Shown here in pieces: positions 1-32,390 of a stretch of DNA of 64,000 bases. Numbering within the stretch: the stretch's first letter is position 1; every line of letters begins with the position of its first letter. Position numbers and translations under genes: made by a program. A model generated the notes under the pieces. That model saw only the letters and a list, made by a program, of their open reading frames with translations, was not told where the DNA came from and searched no databases. Source of the DNA: Laetmonice hystrix (taxonomy: Eukaryota); contig OZ249436.1 of assembly GCA_965235115.1 (NCBI GenBank), positions 18,912,001 to 18,976,000 on the forward strand. Reading direction: 5' to 3'.

Positions 1-754
1 ATAGGATCCGCACACGGCCTCAGCATGTACCAAAACAACATGTCAGTGATGACCAATTGCCCCTCTCAGATGCCAGGAAATTGCATCTCAGGGGGGCATT
101 TTTTCAATTTTTTTTCCAGAGGAGGGCCCTCGGACCCCCTCCCAGGGCTGTACCCCGCTGTACCCTGCTACTTTCTCTTCTGTACCCTGCTACTCCTGCC
201 AACTTTGAGAGCCCTGGTAGACTTTGGAAAAAGCATAGATATTGTGACGTCACAATGGAAGTCAACAGATCGGGTTCTAAATCTACGGTCTGGCAGGCTG
301 CTTTTTTCAGTGTTGTGAAGTGAGGGAGTGATTGGCTGTTACCTTTCCGACAGTCGATTTCATGTGAATAGTAGGTAGAATCCAACGGAAAAGTCACTAA
401 ATGTTTGGAATCTGTTTATAGGAGTGGCAGATAAGGTAGCGGTTTGTAGATTGCCGTGCGTTGAATTTCGATGCAGTGCAATTGAAGCAGATTGCTCCTA
501 TTTTGGTGGCTCCATAATACCAGCAAAACCAGCATTTCCATATCTGATCGATGCACCGTATGCAGTTCCTTGGGTATAGAGCTCGCTTTGCGGCTTGCTG
601 TGCTCGCTATTATTAAAAAATTTTCCCCAGGGCGTGCCCACGGACCGCCCTGGCAGGGCTTCGCGGCTGACGCCGCTCACAATTCCTAAACCTCCAGAAA
701 TTCAAGCTCTACCAGGTTGGCAACACTGTTATTGTGTAGCTATGTGGGAACCTG

Positions 755-1327
755 GGGCTCGTTTCACTAAGCTGGCGACATCGCCCGTCATAAATGTGGC
801 CCCCTGCGGCCAAAGTTAAAGCAATGGGGCATGTTGCCAGAATGAGCAACATTATGTGACGTGCCATACCAAAACCAGGTGGAATTCGCATGTGTGAAGT
901 TCTAAGCTAGGGGGGTCAAAAGGTCAGATTTCGGTGATTTTGAGATTTTTCAAGAAATCAAAGGCCACATTAGAAATTATAAATTTATGTCGAAAACCCG
1001 GTCTATGTTGATAAAAAATGGAATTATTTGGGCTTGTTTCACATGACTAACCTCAGAAATAAAGGCCGAAAAATTTCAACATTCAGGGTCAAAGCTGTTT
1101 TTTAGCCTTTTTTTCAAAATCAGCAACTCATAAACTGTCACACGTTCAAACTTCGATATCTTCAGATATATTTTGAAGCTTGTGACCTGTACGTTTTGAT
1201 TATTCAATAAAACACACATCAATTTTTGCTGACTTCTGCCTGGTTTTGGCATGGCCCCTCACATATTACCTTATAGGGGGTGGCGAGGTCCCATTTGGCG
1301 ATGTCGCGGGCTTAGTGAAACAGGGCT
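755..1327. mobile_element. Harbinger-like MITE with a nested TIR element (~855-1263)
   Basis: Outer imperfect TIR GGGCTCGTTTCACTAAG..GGCGACATCGCC / GGCGATGTCGC..CTTAGTGAAACAGGGCT, flanked by CTG and CAG. Inner TIR TGTGACGTGCCATACCAAAACCAGG / CCTGGTTTTGGCATGGCCCCTCACA. Confidence 0.65.
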
Positions 1328-1624
1328 CAGCGGGTGCGTCCCCACCCCCCCCCCCACCCCATTCCCCCAGACACAATGTTGAAACAGGTCTATGAAAGTT
1401 ATGTTTCACATGATTTGGGGTCTAGGTGACAAAGTTTTAGTTTCTGTACAAGAAACTCCCAACAATATATAGGTTTACTCTTAATGTAATGAGAGTGATT
1501 TCAAGAAAGGCTCAACTTCTGGAAACATGCTCCTTCCTGACATATTGCCCCAACATTCTGGGTAGCAGGCCACTACGTTGATTTAACTAATTTAGACCAC
1601 GACACTGTCTTTTGAACAGTGTAG

Positions 1625-1761
1625 CAGGGCTCGAAAACTGAGTTATCAGATTTTTAAAAGCAGTAATAGACAATATTCTGCAACTCATCTCTTAATTTGA
1701 TTCGTAATAGACTGATTTTGGGATGCAAATTGCAATGCGAATCCAGTTAATTCAAGCCCTG
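1625..1761. mobile_element. short CAGGG-ended MITE, 5-bp TSD TGTAG
   Basis: CAGGGCTCGAA...TTCAAGCCCTG with TGTAG on both sides. Confidence 0.7.
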
Positions 1762-3455
1762 TGTAGTGTTAAAAACTTGTCTACAGAATTTAACAGAACC
1801 CACAGGAATACTAGTAAAAAGTTTAACATTCACTGTCCAATTTAGTGAACCTTTCTCATCTGGCTATAGATCTAGACTGCAAGATTAGGCTCTAAAATAG
1901 CCTAAATTACCAGAGCTTGAGAGCGGGGAGGGGGGGGGGGCTTTGCTCCTCCTGTGCCCTGTGCCCCTAACCAGGGCGCTGGCTTTGGTTTGACCTTGAC
2001 ATTGTCGAAAACTTTCTGATGAGAACCCTGTACCATGCCTTCCTAAAATCCTGGGGGAGGCATTATGGACCTCAGTGGAACAAATATCATGGTTTCTTGT
2101 CCAAGTAGGCCTACGACATGCCTGGACAAACAATTTCCAAATTTCCTGAGAACCCTGAGCCCAACTTATTATTTTCACTTATATTAAGAAAGAAAAAAAA
2201 GACATGCTGAGTTGTGGTTCAACACTACAGGACACAAGTGGATTGCAATGAGCAGCCGAGTTGATGAGAATAATATTTGTAATTAATGTAGATCTGTTAT
2301 AAAAGTATAATGAGCGTCTAAATCAAGGAAATAGACTAAGAACTATCCACAGACGAGGCCACGATGTTACAAAGTCATAATGCCAAGGCATCTATAGATG
2401 CAAATTTCACTGAATTCAGCCAGGAATGCATTGTACAGAGCTTCCGTTAGTGTACATATCAGCGAGGCATGATAATGGGGAACTTGAAACAGCGTAATTT
2501 TTAACCCAGACGCCCTCAGAGTCCCACTCACTGGCCAAACCCCCATGCTGAGCACACAGCAATGGATGCAGGGACGGTAGCACGTGTGTCCAAGTGGGAC
2601 CGATCGCGGCGAGTAAGCCAGGGGGCACAAAATACGCCCATACCTTTTGAAGGTACGGTGTATAGTACACACATGGAGATACAGACGGGTGTACAAAATG
2701 TACTTTACGCCCTCCCATAGAAAATTATCTAAAGGCCTGATTGTCACAATTACAAGTTCTGTCATTGTTCTGTCATCAAGAGCCAAAGAGTTTTAAAATG
2801 GTCTCCTTTTTAAACATAGCCATGTGTTTTCACATCAGTATAATAAAGCCAGTGAGCAGCCAATAAGTGTCGTCTATTGGCTCCATCATTAGTTTCCTGG
2901 GAGAGTCTGGGAGTCAAACAGAAGGCAGGGTACTGTATTGTAAATAGGTTGGGGTACAGTATGCTCGGTTTGGCTTTAGGGAAGTTACTGAGTGTGAATC
3001 ATTATTTATACAGAGTGAAACTAGTACTGCCGGTGATTCAGCACATTTTGTGTCCGTAAAGCTGATCTCACAGACTGTTTAACAATAGGTTACAGAATCT
3101 GGTGCAGTGGTGGATGTCCAGATAATAAGGCTCTCAACATGCAGCCTCACTCACACTCTGACACAGTTTTACCCGGAATCACTGAGACAGCCAATTTGTG
3201 CTGCAGATATTGCTCAGTGGACTCCAACAGTTACTCAATCACAGGTCTACACAAAACTTTGCATGAAAGCAAAGCTGGTGTGTATTGGTGTCTCCCAGGC
3301 CTGAAAAGGTTCACCGAATTTTTTTAATTCTTGCTTCGATCCGTAAAACAAAAGGTCAATTTGATGAAGGCAGTTAAATCCTAGGAGATAGATTTACGGT
3401 CAGGGTGCTGTACTTTAGTCATTTTCAATGTTACAGCAAGGATTTTGATCGTTAG

Positions 3456-4136
3456 CAGGGGTAGAATTCGTGCGTGATGTAGGAGTCAGCAGGACTCCGA
3501 ACTTGCAAAATTTAGGAGTCCGCCAAAAAATGTGGGAGTCCACTAGCCTGTAGGGAATACAATGCGACTGGATGTAAAAGAAACCTAACCAATTACAGAC
3601 GGTGTTATGCCATATGGGGGGGGGGGGGCTGAGTGAAACATATCAACCTTGTGACCCGTGCTGAGTAGCAGATATTCAGTTCACTAAGACTGGGCTATCA
3701 ACACGTGGCCCTAGGGCGTGTTTGTTTCACGCGCAGGTTCCGCGGAGCCGGATCGCGATCACTGGCCTAACTTACACTCGCAAACAAACGCTACTGCACC
3801 CAACCAGGTTTACTCTCAGTGAACCGACAAAAACATAAACGGCTAGGTCAGTGATCTTCCGCCATTTTGGATCGTGGACTGACCCACCTCACAGGCAGGA
3901 TCAGCGGGTTCCGGATCCCGATCAGTGAACCGACGAAAACAAACGGCCAGATCAGCGATCGCGGTCAAGTTCAAGGAACCCGCGCGTGAAACAAATACGC
4001 GCCTAGGTTAGAAACCAGATCAGTCTGTGTGTAAATATCTGGGAGACAGCTGGACTCATGGTCAGGTGGATACCAGGAGTCTGTCCCGATTTTTGGGAGT
4101 CTCGGACTCGTGAACTTCCGTCGAAATCGACCCCTG
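3456..4136. mobile_element. CAGGGG-ended MITE (TSD GTTAG) with a nested MITE at ~3714-4003
   Basis: CAGGGGTAGAATTCG...CGAAATCGACCCCTG with GTTAG on both sides. Inner TIR GGCGTGTTTGTTTCACGCGCAGGTTCC / GGAACCCGCGCGTGAAACAAATACGCGCC. Confidence 0.7.
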
Positions 4137-4888
4137 GTTAGGCCATGCTCACAGCCACGTAGTGGCATATTTGATAAAGTATGACCATCCTATGCTGTAG
4201 CATAGGAACTGACGTTCCTATAAATAGAACATCTATTGACTGTTAGCATGGCCCGTTTATCGCACAGTGCTGAAGAACGAGACTGTCACTTTAATTTTAA
4301 AGAAAACTGCAATGCAAGGAGTTTTCAAACATGGTCCTGGAAAAAATTAAAAGGTTCTGGAAAAGGTCTGGGAATTTTGTTGAGCTGATGGAGGGGGGAA
4401 ACCCGGTACATATTGAAATTGACTTGTTGAAAGTACTGGCACTCAGTGGGCCTGGCTACAGATATGGAAAACTGTTCCATATCTATAGCCTGGCTGGGAT
4501 TTGCTGACCCTGCAGTCAGATGACTTACTGACCTAGATTAATGGGACAGCACCCAGCCCTTATGGCCCATTAACCCTGATATGTTCCCAAAGTGTAGAGC
4601 CAATCAAGTAGCACCCTGCTTACGTGGAGAACCACTGGATTGCTGTTTTTTTGGGTTATATTTATTATGTGGCAGACCTTCTGTTGATATAAGTGATTGC
4701 AGTAAAAAATGGTATTAATTTTCCCATGTTGCCAAATATTTTAGAAATTTTCCAAGTTTCCTGGACATATTGATTTATATTTGTACATCAAGGTATTATA
4801 GCTTAACATTGCAGTGATGAGACATGTAAAACTCCAAAATCAGAAAATAAAACTTTTTAGTAAAAGGTTCCAAAACCACTATGATTGA

Positions 4889-23176
<18,288 letters not shown>

Positions 23177-24507
23177 TCACACCTTTGTATAGGGTTATAT
23201 GTGTATGTGATAAGATTGTTTTACACAGCAAAATGGCAGGCCAAATGTCACATAGTCCTCAGCAATCAATGAGACCAACAGAAATACTCTTACTAAAGAT
23301 ATTATGATGTGTAAGGTTTTAACGAGTTAATATGAAGAGATGCCCATCTGGCCAAAGATGATCTAGGATTGGACATGTGGCAAGGACTCGACAAGTCCTG
23401 TGTGTACAATGTTACAAAGTCATGGCTGCCTACAGGAAAGGTTTCGTCATTTCATCTTGATTCACTAATCTGGCTTAAATGGCTAACACATGTTCGACCA
23501 GGAACACTATTTCACCTTTATGCAATACATTCTCGTTTTTTGTTGGCTTAGGTAGACAGAATATATTTGCTTCTACAGTAGTGCATGTGATTATACAGAC
23601 AGAAGTTAGGCGGTGTTTTCTCTTTACTCGTGGCTTCCGTAGGGAAGTACTAGTAGAGACACTTTACGGTGAGTTTGTGTCAAATGCTTGGTACCAGTTG
23701 GTGATAGTCGGTTGTACATACCATGTACCTGTTTCCGTGGTCACTCCGTACACCTGTATCTCTCAACCAGCACTCTGTCCTACCTATCTCTGTCTGTTTG
23801 TCACGGGGGCCCAGGGGAGGTGAGGCCTGGTGAAACACTTACAATATTACGCGCTGTTCACGGTATCCGTTGTCACGCCTGGTCGTCAACAAGAGAAATC
23901 TGCAGACCAACTGTAGAACAGTTGGTGTAACTGAACAGTGTAGGCACAGAGTGAACCACAGCTCATATCCATTCCGTTTTCTGCCCAATCATTCCTCATT
24001 TTACATTACCCAGTTACTTCGTTGTACACGTGTATTTATGGAATGATATGAGAGAGAAAGCTGGTAAGTTCTTTCAAAATTAAATCTGTTAAATCTCTCA
24101 TTTCTAAATGATTTCCACTTCCAAAGGCCTTGAACATCGCCAAGAATAGGTCTGTTTGGTCAAAAAAGCTGAAGGTTACGTGTGTTCAAGGTCAATCAAA
24201 ACGTATCAGTAGACGGTAGATATTTTGTAAGAATGAGATGAAAAGGATGGAAGATGTGATAGATTATAAAGGTTTTCTGTACGACTTCTATTACGTGATA
24301 TTCAAGAGTATTGTATGTGGGCATCACCGTGAACTGCTAATGTTGGTGACTTGTATTATTACATTGGTGGCAGGAATCCAGTTGGAGGGCAGAGTTCACA
24401 GATTAAATAGATGCAAGCTACTTTAGAATATTTGCCCCTCGCCATTCATAAAATTTGAAGTTTGTTAACTCTTGATTCTGCGTTACTATTCTGGTAGATA
24501 CAACTTC

Positions 24508-24762
24508 TACGGAGCCCCTTAGGGGACATGAGTGTAAAAAAAAGTTATACACTATTTCATTCCCTCAAAGTAACATATTTCGTTCCCTCAAAATCATTTA
24601 GAGGTAACGAATGATGTTATTTTGTTCCCACAAAATCATTACGAGGGAACAAAATAATATATTTTGTTCCAATAAAATGACTTCGAGGGAATGAAATAGG
24701 TTATTTTGTAGAACGAATAACATCCCCCCCCCCCCCCAGCTACATCCCCTTGGGGCTCCGTA
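24508..24762. mobile_element. MITE
   Basis: TIR TACGGAGCCCC / GGGGCTCCGTA, with internal short TTCGTTCCCTC/GAGGGAAC-like repeats. Confidence 0.7.
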
Positions 24763-25289
24763 ACCTTCAAAATGACGGCCAGGTTATTTTTTTATCCAAC
24801 CCGGACGACTGCTGGGATGCTGAACCAGTCTGATCTGGTTAGTATAAATCATAAATGTTGTGGAAATCACTAAAAAAATTAATTACACAACAAGGAAGGC
24901 TTGTATCATTCAACAGGATGTATGTTATTGATGTAACACAAGAAGTTCTATGTAAAATATCTTTTGGTACCTTGTCCTTCCACCTTTTAAACAATTCAGT
25001 GTTTAGAATCAGGTCATTCAAGTGACAGTGCGCTGGTGCATATTGTCAGAGTATTTCGGTGGTTTGACTGGCATAAACGATTCAGTGTGAGGTTTATTTG
25101 GAGTTGAGACATTAGTCTGCGACATGAATCTGATGGGTACAAAGGTATTTATTTCTGAATGATTTGGATATTTTGTTATAGTTGTCATCCCATGCTAAGA
25201 AGTAAACAAAGCCCCGGTGATGTCGACTCGTATCTACGAGAGAGTTGATGATTTGTTCACCATTCTGATGAATGATTTCCCAGTGATGG

Positions 25290-27185
25290 GTGTTTGTTAA
25301 GTCGTGAATAGTTGTAAGTTTATCAGATACAAGAGACGTCCTCCCTGACTTGATGACTAGATGCCAGTATTGGGTTGGTCATGACGACTTATCCGATACA
25401 AGAGACGTCCTCCCTGTGTTTGACAAAGACGTGATGACTAGGTGCCACTATTTGGTTGGTCGTGACCGGTTGTTAGGTTATCAAATACAAGAGACGTCCT
25501 CCCTGTGTTTGACAAAGACGTGATGACTAGGTGCTGGTATTTGGTTCGTCGTGACGATTTGTAAGGTTATCAAATACAAGAGACGTCCTCCCTGTGTTTG
25601 ATAAAGACTTTGTGACTAGGTGCCAGTATTTGGTTGGTCGTGACGAGCTGTAAGTTTATCAGATACAAGAGACGTCCTCCCTGTGTTTGATAAAGACTTG
25701 ATGACTAGGTGCCAGTATTAGGTTGGTCGTGACGAGTTGTAAGTTTATCAGATACAAGAGACGTCCTCCCTGTGTTTGATAAAGACTTGATGACTAGCTG
25801 CAGGTATTTGGTTGGTCGGGACGAGTTGTAAGTTCATCAGATACAAGAGACGTCCTCCCTGTGTTTGATAAAGACGTGATGACTAGGTGCCGGTATTTGG
25901 TTGGTCGTGACGAGTTGTAAGTTTATCAGATACAAGAGACGTCCGCCCTGTGTTTGATAAAGACTTGATGATTAGATGCCGGCATTTGGTTGGTCGTGAC
26001 GAGTTGTAAGTTTATCAAATACAAGAGACGTCCTCCGTGTTTGATAAAGACTTGATGACTAGGTGCCAGTATTTGGTTGGTCGTGACGAGTTGTAAGGTT
26101 ATCAAATACAAGAGACCTGACAATGACTAGGTGCTGGTATTTGTTTGGTCGTGATGAGTTGTAAGTGTATCAGATACAAGAGACGACCTCCCTGTGTTTG
26201 ATGACAAGATGCTGGTATTTGGTTGGTCGTGACGAGTTGTTAGGTTATCAGATACAAGAGACGTCCTCCCTGTGTTTGATAAAGACTTGATGACTAGGTG
26301 CCAGTATTTGGTTGGTCGTGGCGAGTTGTAAGTTTATCAAATACAAGAGACGTCCTCCCTGTGTTTGATAAAGACGTGATGACTAGGTGCCAGTATTTGG
26401 TTGGTCGTGACGCGTTGTAATGTTATCAGATACAAGAGACGTCCTCCCTGTGTTTGATAAAGACTTGATGACTAGGTGCCGGTATTTGGTTGGTTGTGAC
26501 AAGTTGTAAGTTTATCAGATACAAGAGACGTCCTCCCTGTGTTTGATAAAGACTTGATGACTAGGTGCTGGTATTTGGTTGGTCGTGGCGAGTTGTAAGT
26601 TTATCAAATACAAGAGACGTCCTCCCTGTGTTTGATAAAGACGTGATGACTAGGTGCCGGTATTTGGTTGGTCGTGACGAGTTGTAATGTTATCAGATAC
26701 AAGAGACGTCCTCCCTGTGTTTGATAAAGACGTGATGACTAGGTGCCAGTATTTGGTTGGTCGTGACGCGTTGTAATGTTATCAGATACAAGAGACGTCC
26801 TCCCTGTGTTTGATAAAGACTTGATGACTAGGTGCCGGTATTAGGTTGGTCGTGACGCGTTGTAAGTTTATCAGATACAAGAGACGTCCTCCCTGTGTTT
26901 GATAAAGACTTGATGACTAGGTGCCAGTATTAGGTTGGTCGTGACGAGTTGTAAGTTTATCAAATACAAGAGACGTCCTCCCTGTGTTTGATAAAGACTT
27001 GATGACTAGGTGCCAGTATTTGGTTGGTCATGACGAGTTGTAGGTTTATCAAATACAAGAGACGTCCTCCCTGTGTTTGATAAAGACGTGATGACTAGGT
27101 GCCAGTATTTGGTTGGTCGTTACGAGTTGTAAGTTTATCAGATACAAGAGACGTCCTCCCTGTGTTTGATAAAAACTTGATGACG
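25290..27185 (+). repeat. 89-bp tandem array, ~21 copies
   Basis: Unit TTTATCAGATACAAGAGACGTCCTCCCTGTGTTTGATAAAGACTTGATGACTAGGTGCCAGTATTTGGTTGGTCGTGACGAGTTGTAAG. Period 89 (e.g. 25661 to 25750). A few units are truncated. Confidence 0.95.
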
Positions 27186-29725
27186 AGGTGATGACACAGA
27201 CATGTAGTTGTACCCTTGGTTGTAAAAGCAGCTGTCTCTGAGACGTTTGAAAGAGGGCGAAGTTCAAGGAGCAGAAACCCACTCGCATACAAACCAGAAC
27301 TAACATGGAAATATGACTTGTCTAGGAATGTGAAAGACGTTATCTCTTCAGGATTGTTGTCAGTGACAGGATTCCGTACGAGACAGTGGACACCTTTCCC
27401 TGACTGCCATGTAAAGTTCACATATATGACACTCCTGACAACCTGAACGGGGGTTGACAGTGTCACGCACCTTTCAATCAGTGACACATGTCAGAAATCG
27501 GAGCAATTTCAGCCTAGCCAGAGATGTGCTTGAAGCGGGCAAGTGGATTCTAGAATTATTTATATGACAATTAATAGATTATGCACATGCAACCAGGTTG
27601 GTTATTCGGTTAATCGCTAAAACACTAAAGGAGACCGCCTGGAGAATGGGTATACATGTATAAGGTAATTGTAAATTAGAAAAATATAACAAACCACGGT
27701 CTGTATGTGTTGAGGTCAAAGGGCACCCACAGCTACCAGTTGGGAAAATAGGGCTCAATAACGAGTTCAGTCTGATGGTATACACCTGGGTAAAAACGGT
27801 TAAAAAAAAAGTCTGTACAATATATAGGACTAGATAAAATATCGTCCGACCCAGTTCCATAGCAATACTGATGAGTACCGGTAATTGTATTTAATTGATG
27901 AATTGCACTCCAGACTATGATGTAGGGAACACCATACACACCTCCCTGCAGATGTTGGTCATTTTAACTTTGCTCACACCTCGAGTCCAGTCATACGGCA
28001 TTTTGGTGAAATTATATATCAAACATTGCTACTATTGTGAGAAAAAAAGTGATTTCTGATATTTTGGAGGTCGTTGGAAGCGTCAGTATGTTAGGACTTT
28101 GTGTTCGCTCTGTTTGTATTTTACCTTGATATCATCGACGGCATTCCAGCTATGTACGAGGTATCGTGGCCAGCATTAAGGGTCAATAGATATATATGTT
28201 CAACATTTAGGTGAAAACTTAATAGATCAACTTATCTCTGTCTGTGGAGTCAAGGTTAAATAGGTCACTCATCTGATTAATATTCAGGTTAAGGTAAATT
28301 AGGTAAATTGTCTGATTAATATTTAGGTGATGTTAAGGAGGCGAGTTGAGCTAGTTAATATTCTGATAACAATGGCTGGCTGTGTGAAACACCTCCTGAA
28401 TTCACGCGGGCCAGCACTCTTTGATTCGGTTTGATCGTTACAAAGGAACGACGCAATGTAAGGCTACCAATGCAGACTTAAACATTCTTCATGGCGAACT
28501 GGACTGGTGCTTGTTTCTTACTGCTGGTTTCGTGAGAATTTCTTCTTGGCTGATTTAGGAAACTGCCACCTCTGTATGGTTAGCGAGCAACTTATTGTGG
28601 TGGGTGGGGATCAGGTCTAAATAGATTCTCATGTGTGTACAATTTATTCCATTTCATGAATTCTTTCATCAGGTTGAGTCGGTCTGTTTGTAATGTAGTG
28701 TTTAGTGTCGCAAAGAATTTGTAAATTGTTATAACATCCAGTCAGTAGAACTTTTTACTATGCCACAATGCAAGCAACAGACTCATGTACGGAGGGATGG
28801 ACTTGTAGCCGTTTGTGTGGCTGCATGAGTAGGCAGTCGGTTAATGAAATAAAATTTATTGGAATCACTTGGGAATGTTATCGCTGGATCCAGTGAGGAT
28901 CAAGTCCTTACAAGTACGTCAAGGGATACTCATAAATATGTTCCTGTACGCAATACACAATGTTCTGTTAGTGTGCCATCTAGAAACAGTTTACATTCAA
29001 GATGAGCGTCATGCAAAAGAAAAACAAACAAAAAAATGTAATTAAAAGTGTACAGGTTCCCCAATTGTATAAGATATAATTGTAAGATTATAAATGTGAA
29101 ATGTACATTGCCAAGTGTATATAATATTATGCAGATGTATGAAAATAAAACCAGTATACCTGATATCATCACGGGTTTCTTTATTATCAAAGACTATAAG
29201 GGATGGATGATCGTACATAGCCTGCATATGACAGCCACACATTTCAGCTTAACCCCCCCCCCCCCCCAAAAAAAAAAAAATCCTGTCGGCCTATAATGTT
29301 GGGAGCCCGAGGCCTCTGGTACACAAGCATAATGAACAAGGAATTTGATGCATTTCTAAACAGAGAAAATGTTTGATAGGACAGAAAGCGTGCAGGACTG
29401 TGTCTTCTGTATTCTCCACTGCCATCCTTCGTACCATCTTCTTGTGGAAGGTGCTGCTTTTGCCAAGGATCTTTAAGTTTAACGTCTGCTTATATAAATA
29501 GAGATCTACATGTAGGCTTAGGCCTACTGAAAAAAAAATTATCACCCCAACTTATTTCTGCAGAATAGGGCCTAACTGAAAAATGGTTTGTTGCTGGTAG
29601 ATTTGGACATTAATTTCGGGGGCGCAAAAAAAGGTACCCCCCCCCCCCCCCGGGCCCCGTCCATACGTCCATCCGGTTCTATGCTCTCTGAAGACAAGTA
29701 GGCCTAGGCCTAGGCCTAAATGACA

Positions 29726-31275
29726 CAGACCTGCCAACTCGTTTTGCCCACCAAGCGGGAGAATCTCCCACTTGAGGGAGCTTGGTCCCGGCGAAACGGT
29801 AGGCTACATAGAGGCCTAGATCTAGGCCTACCAGTGATCAATTGTATTGTAGAATCTACTCCGTAGTCCGTACACGTAGGCCTATTGATGTATATCTTGA
29901 TGAAATGCAGAACATATACAAAGGTCTCTGCATAGCAAAACTTTATTCACACTGAGTTACAGATGTAGGCCTATACAGAACACAAATTCACTCTTGGAGA
30001 AGTCCATTTTTCCTCATCATACAGTGTGTGCTTGCACTTGCGGCTTCCTTGACTTTTACCAGGAGCTCCTCCTTGGTGACAGGGAGATGGTAGCCTACCT
30101 AGCACTGGAAGCTATAGTCCTGCACCGTAAATTGGGAACTTGGAAGGTCATCCAGTTCAACCCCTACTTGAAACCCCAGAACATGTTATTATATCGTTCT
30201 AGGTGATAATAGTGTGGGCAGTTAGTCTCAATATTTATGCAAACCCGAATGTTATAAAAATAAATCATTATTTTATAGTTAGAAAGTGTTATTTTAGACC
30301 GCTTGTCTTGGGCTGGTAGAGCCGCCAACACGTTCGTTGCCATCGCCTGGGCCAGAGACTGGCCGTCGATAACGTCCTCATAGTCGGCATTGGCTACAAT
30401 TTTATAGCCTAGGTTCGATCTGTTTGTGCTTTCATTGTCACTTGTGACATCATAGAATAGTTAACTACGTATTTTGATACATAATATTACAATGTTTCAC
30501 TGACAAAAAGACTGCGTGCCTCGTTTAGTCAACTGTGGCTGTGACGTCATAGAGAGGACGTGCGGCACAGTCGTGACGACTAACGTAGACTGCACTATTT
30601 TGCTGTCTAGCTCTCGTTTTATTAAAAGATGGATTAAAATACTACAGAAGCAGAGACTTCGAAGGTCAGTAGATAGTCTCAGAAAATTATAGCATTATAA
30701 TACCTCCGTAAACATCACTGTAGGCCTCTGATCCTACACAGCTTAGATTGGAGCCTGGCTGTCTATTGTGTCTATTTGTGATATTTAATGTCATTATCAA
30801 AGTTTTGGGAACTTTTAAATTTCCAAACAAAGCTCGCTGTATTCAAAACTATAAGGAATCTCGCTAAAAGAAAGATATCTATGGAGACCTTACGATGTGG
30901 GGAATAATTCTGGGTACTTTTTTGTACAGGTCGTCGCGACAGATTTTGCGTGACAAACGCTCGAATCTCGAAAGGTCATGAGTTTTGCGACTTTTTGAGA
31001 AACTTCTAGGTTTTTCAAACACCTCTGTAGAAATTATAACTTAGCAACCTGGTGTAATTTTTATACTGATAAATAGCCTGCAGTCTCTAGTTTTATTTGC
31101 TACCATTCCTTAAGTAATTGACTGAGATTCCGCGTCACGAGAAGGGTTTTGATGCGCCGATGTTGAAAAAACTAAGTTTTTAGTTCCCAAAACTCGGTGC
31201 AGGATTATAGGATGGTGGTGGCGGGAGATGCCCCAAATTAGGGAATTCTCCCGCCAAAGCGGCAGTGGCAGGTCG
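29726..31275. mobile_element. putative non-autonomous TIR element (hAT-like ends)
   Basis: Left end CAGACCTGCCAAC..GCGGGAGAAT. Right end ATTCTCCCGC..GTGGCAGGTC. No clear TSD. Confidence 0.5.
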
Positions 31276-32075
31276 CGAAGCGCCTCCGCTCCTTGCCTGC
31301 GTCACTAAAGGCAATCTCTCCCAGGGTTCACCGCGCTACTGCAACGTGGTCTACTGTGACGTCACAGTCCTAAACTGAAATTCTCTGAATGGGCGTGAAC
31401 AATATAAATGCCGTCATAGGGCAAAGGTACGTCATAATGAAGTCGCGGTACCGGCGACAAATTCTTTACGTCACAATCATGGTTGTGTACTATAATTATG
31501 TGTTACCATGGCCCCAGGTCAATATCCAAAACAAATAAAGGATAATAACAGAGGGAGATGGGTTGATGGCCGCCAGTGTTGTCGAGCTTTGTTGGGACTT
31601 TTAAAGGACTGAAGGTAAGGGGGGGGGGGGGGGGATCTCCTCCCTCGAAAGAGCTTAGAGTCGGGTGTCGCCAACTGAATGTTAGATTGCCCAGCGGCCT
31701 TAGGCTGCCTTAGCCAAGGTTTGGAGCCCGGACAATAGGCCTAGGTCGTGTAGCCAGGGCCTACAAACTTGGGAGGAGGGAGAAGGGGGGTGATGGTGGT
31801 GGTGGGGGGGGGGGGGGGGGGGGGGGGGGACTACTTAGTGACAGTCGAGGTCTTGCGCGAGTTTGGCCGTAGGGAGGACTAAAACGTTATAGGTTTTGAT
31901 AAATTTGGACGGAATCGGAGGGGGGCGTAGCCTGATTGAGGCTCCTTCAAATCCAAAGTACGTAGGCCTAGCTATAGGCCTAGTTATATCTTTGTCTTTT
32001 ATAAATAAACAAAAAATAAAATAACAATAAATGGGGTCCCAATAAATAATAAAACGTCTAACATCTAATTTATAT

Positions 32076-32390
32076 TTTGTTTACTTTCAACAATTTATTT
32101 ACATAAGAAGTTAATTTTGTGTCTAGAACTCCTTGGTTTCTTTCGAGAAAAAACAGGTTACAAGCGTGGCCGAATGGGTAGAGACGCAGACCTATGATTA
32201 GGATATCCACGGTTCGAATCCCACCAGCAGCCCAAGAAAGACATACGGGTTTTGGAGTCAGTAACCAGTCAACCATGGCAGCGATATTTAACTAAAATAA
32301 AATGGACATATCCACGTGATTTACTTTTTTTTAAATTACATACAGGCGTACTTCTTAAGTTATGTAAATAAATTGTTGAAAGTAAACAAA
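32076..32390 (+). mobile_element. TIR element enclosing a tRNA-like Pol III cassette
   Basis: Perfect 31-bp IR at 32076-32106 / 32360-32390. Inside are A box TGGCCGAATGG (~32167) and B box GGTTCGAATCC (~32211). Confidence 0.75.

Noticed and set aside
25290..27185. CRISPR array or hammerhead-ribozyme satellite
   Set aside because: Units are near-identical with no unique spacers and no cas genes. TGATGA is present but the GAAA core and three-way junction are not.
31800..31830. Long poly-G/poly-C runs as specific G-quadruplex elements
   Set aside because: They are common across the window and homopolymer lengths are error-prone. No locus-specific signal.
32160..32232. Functional tRNA gene
   Set aside because: Acceptor and anticodon stems do not pair convincingly, so it is reported as a tRNA-like cassette instead.
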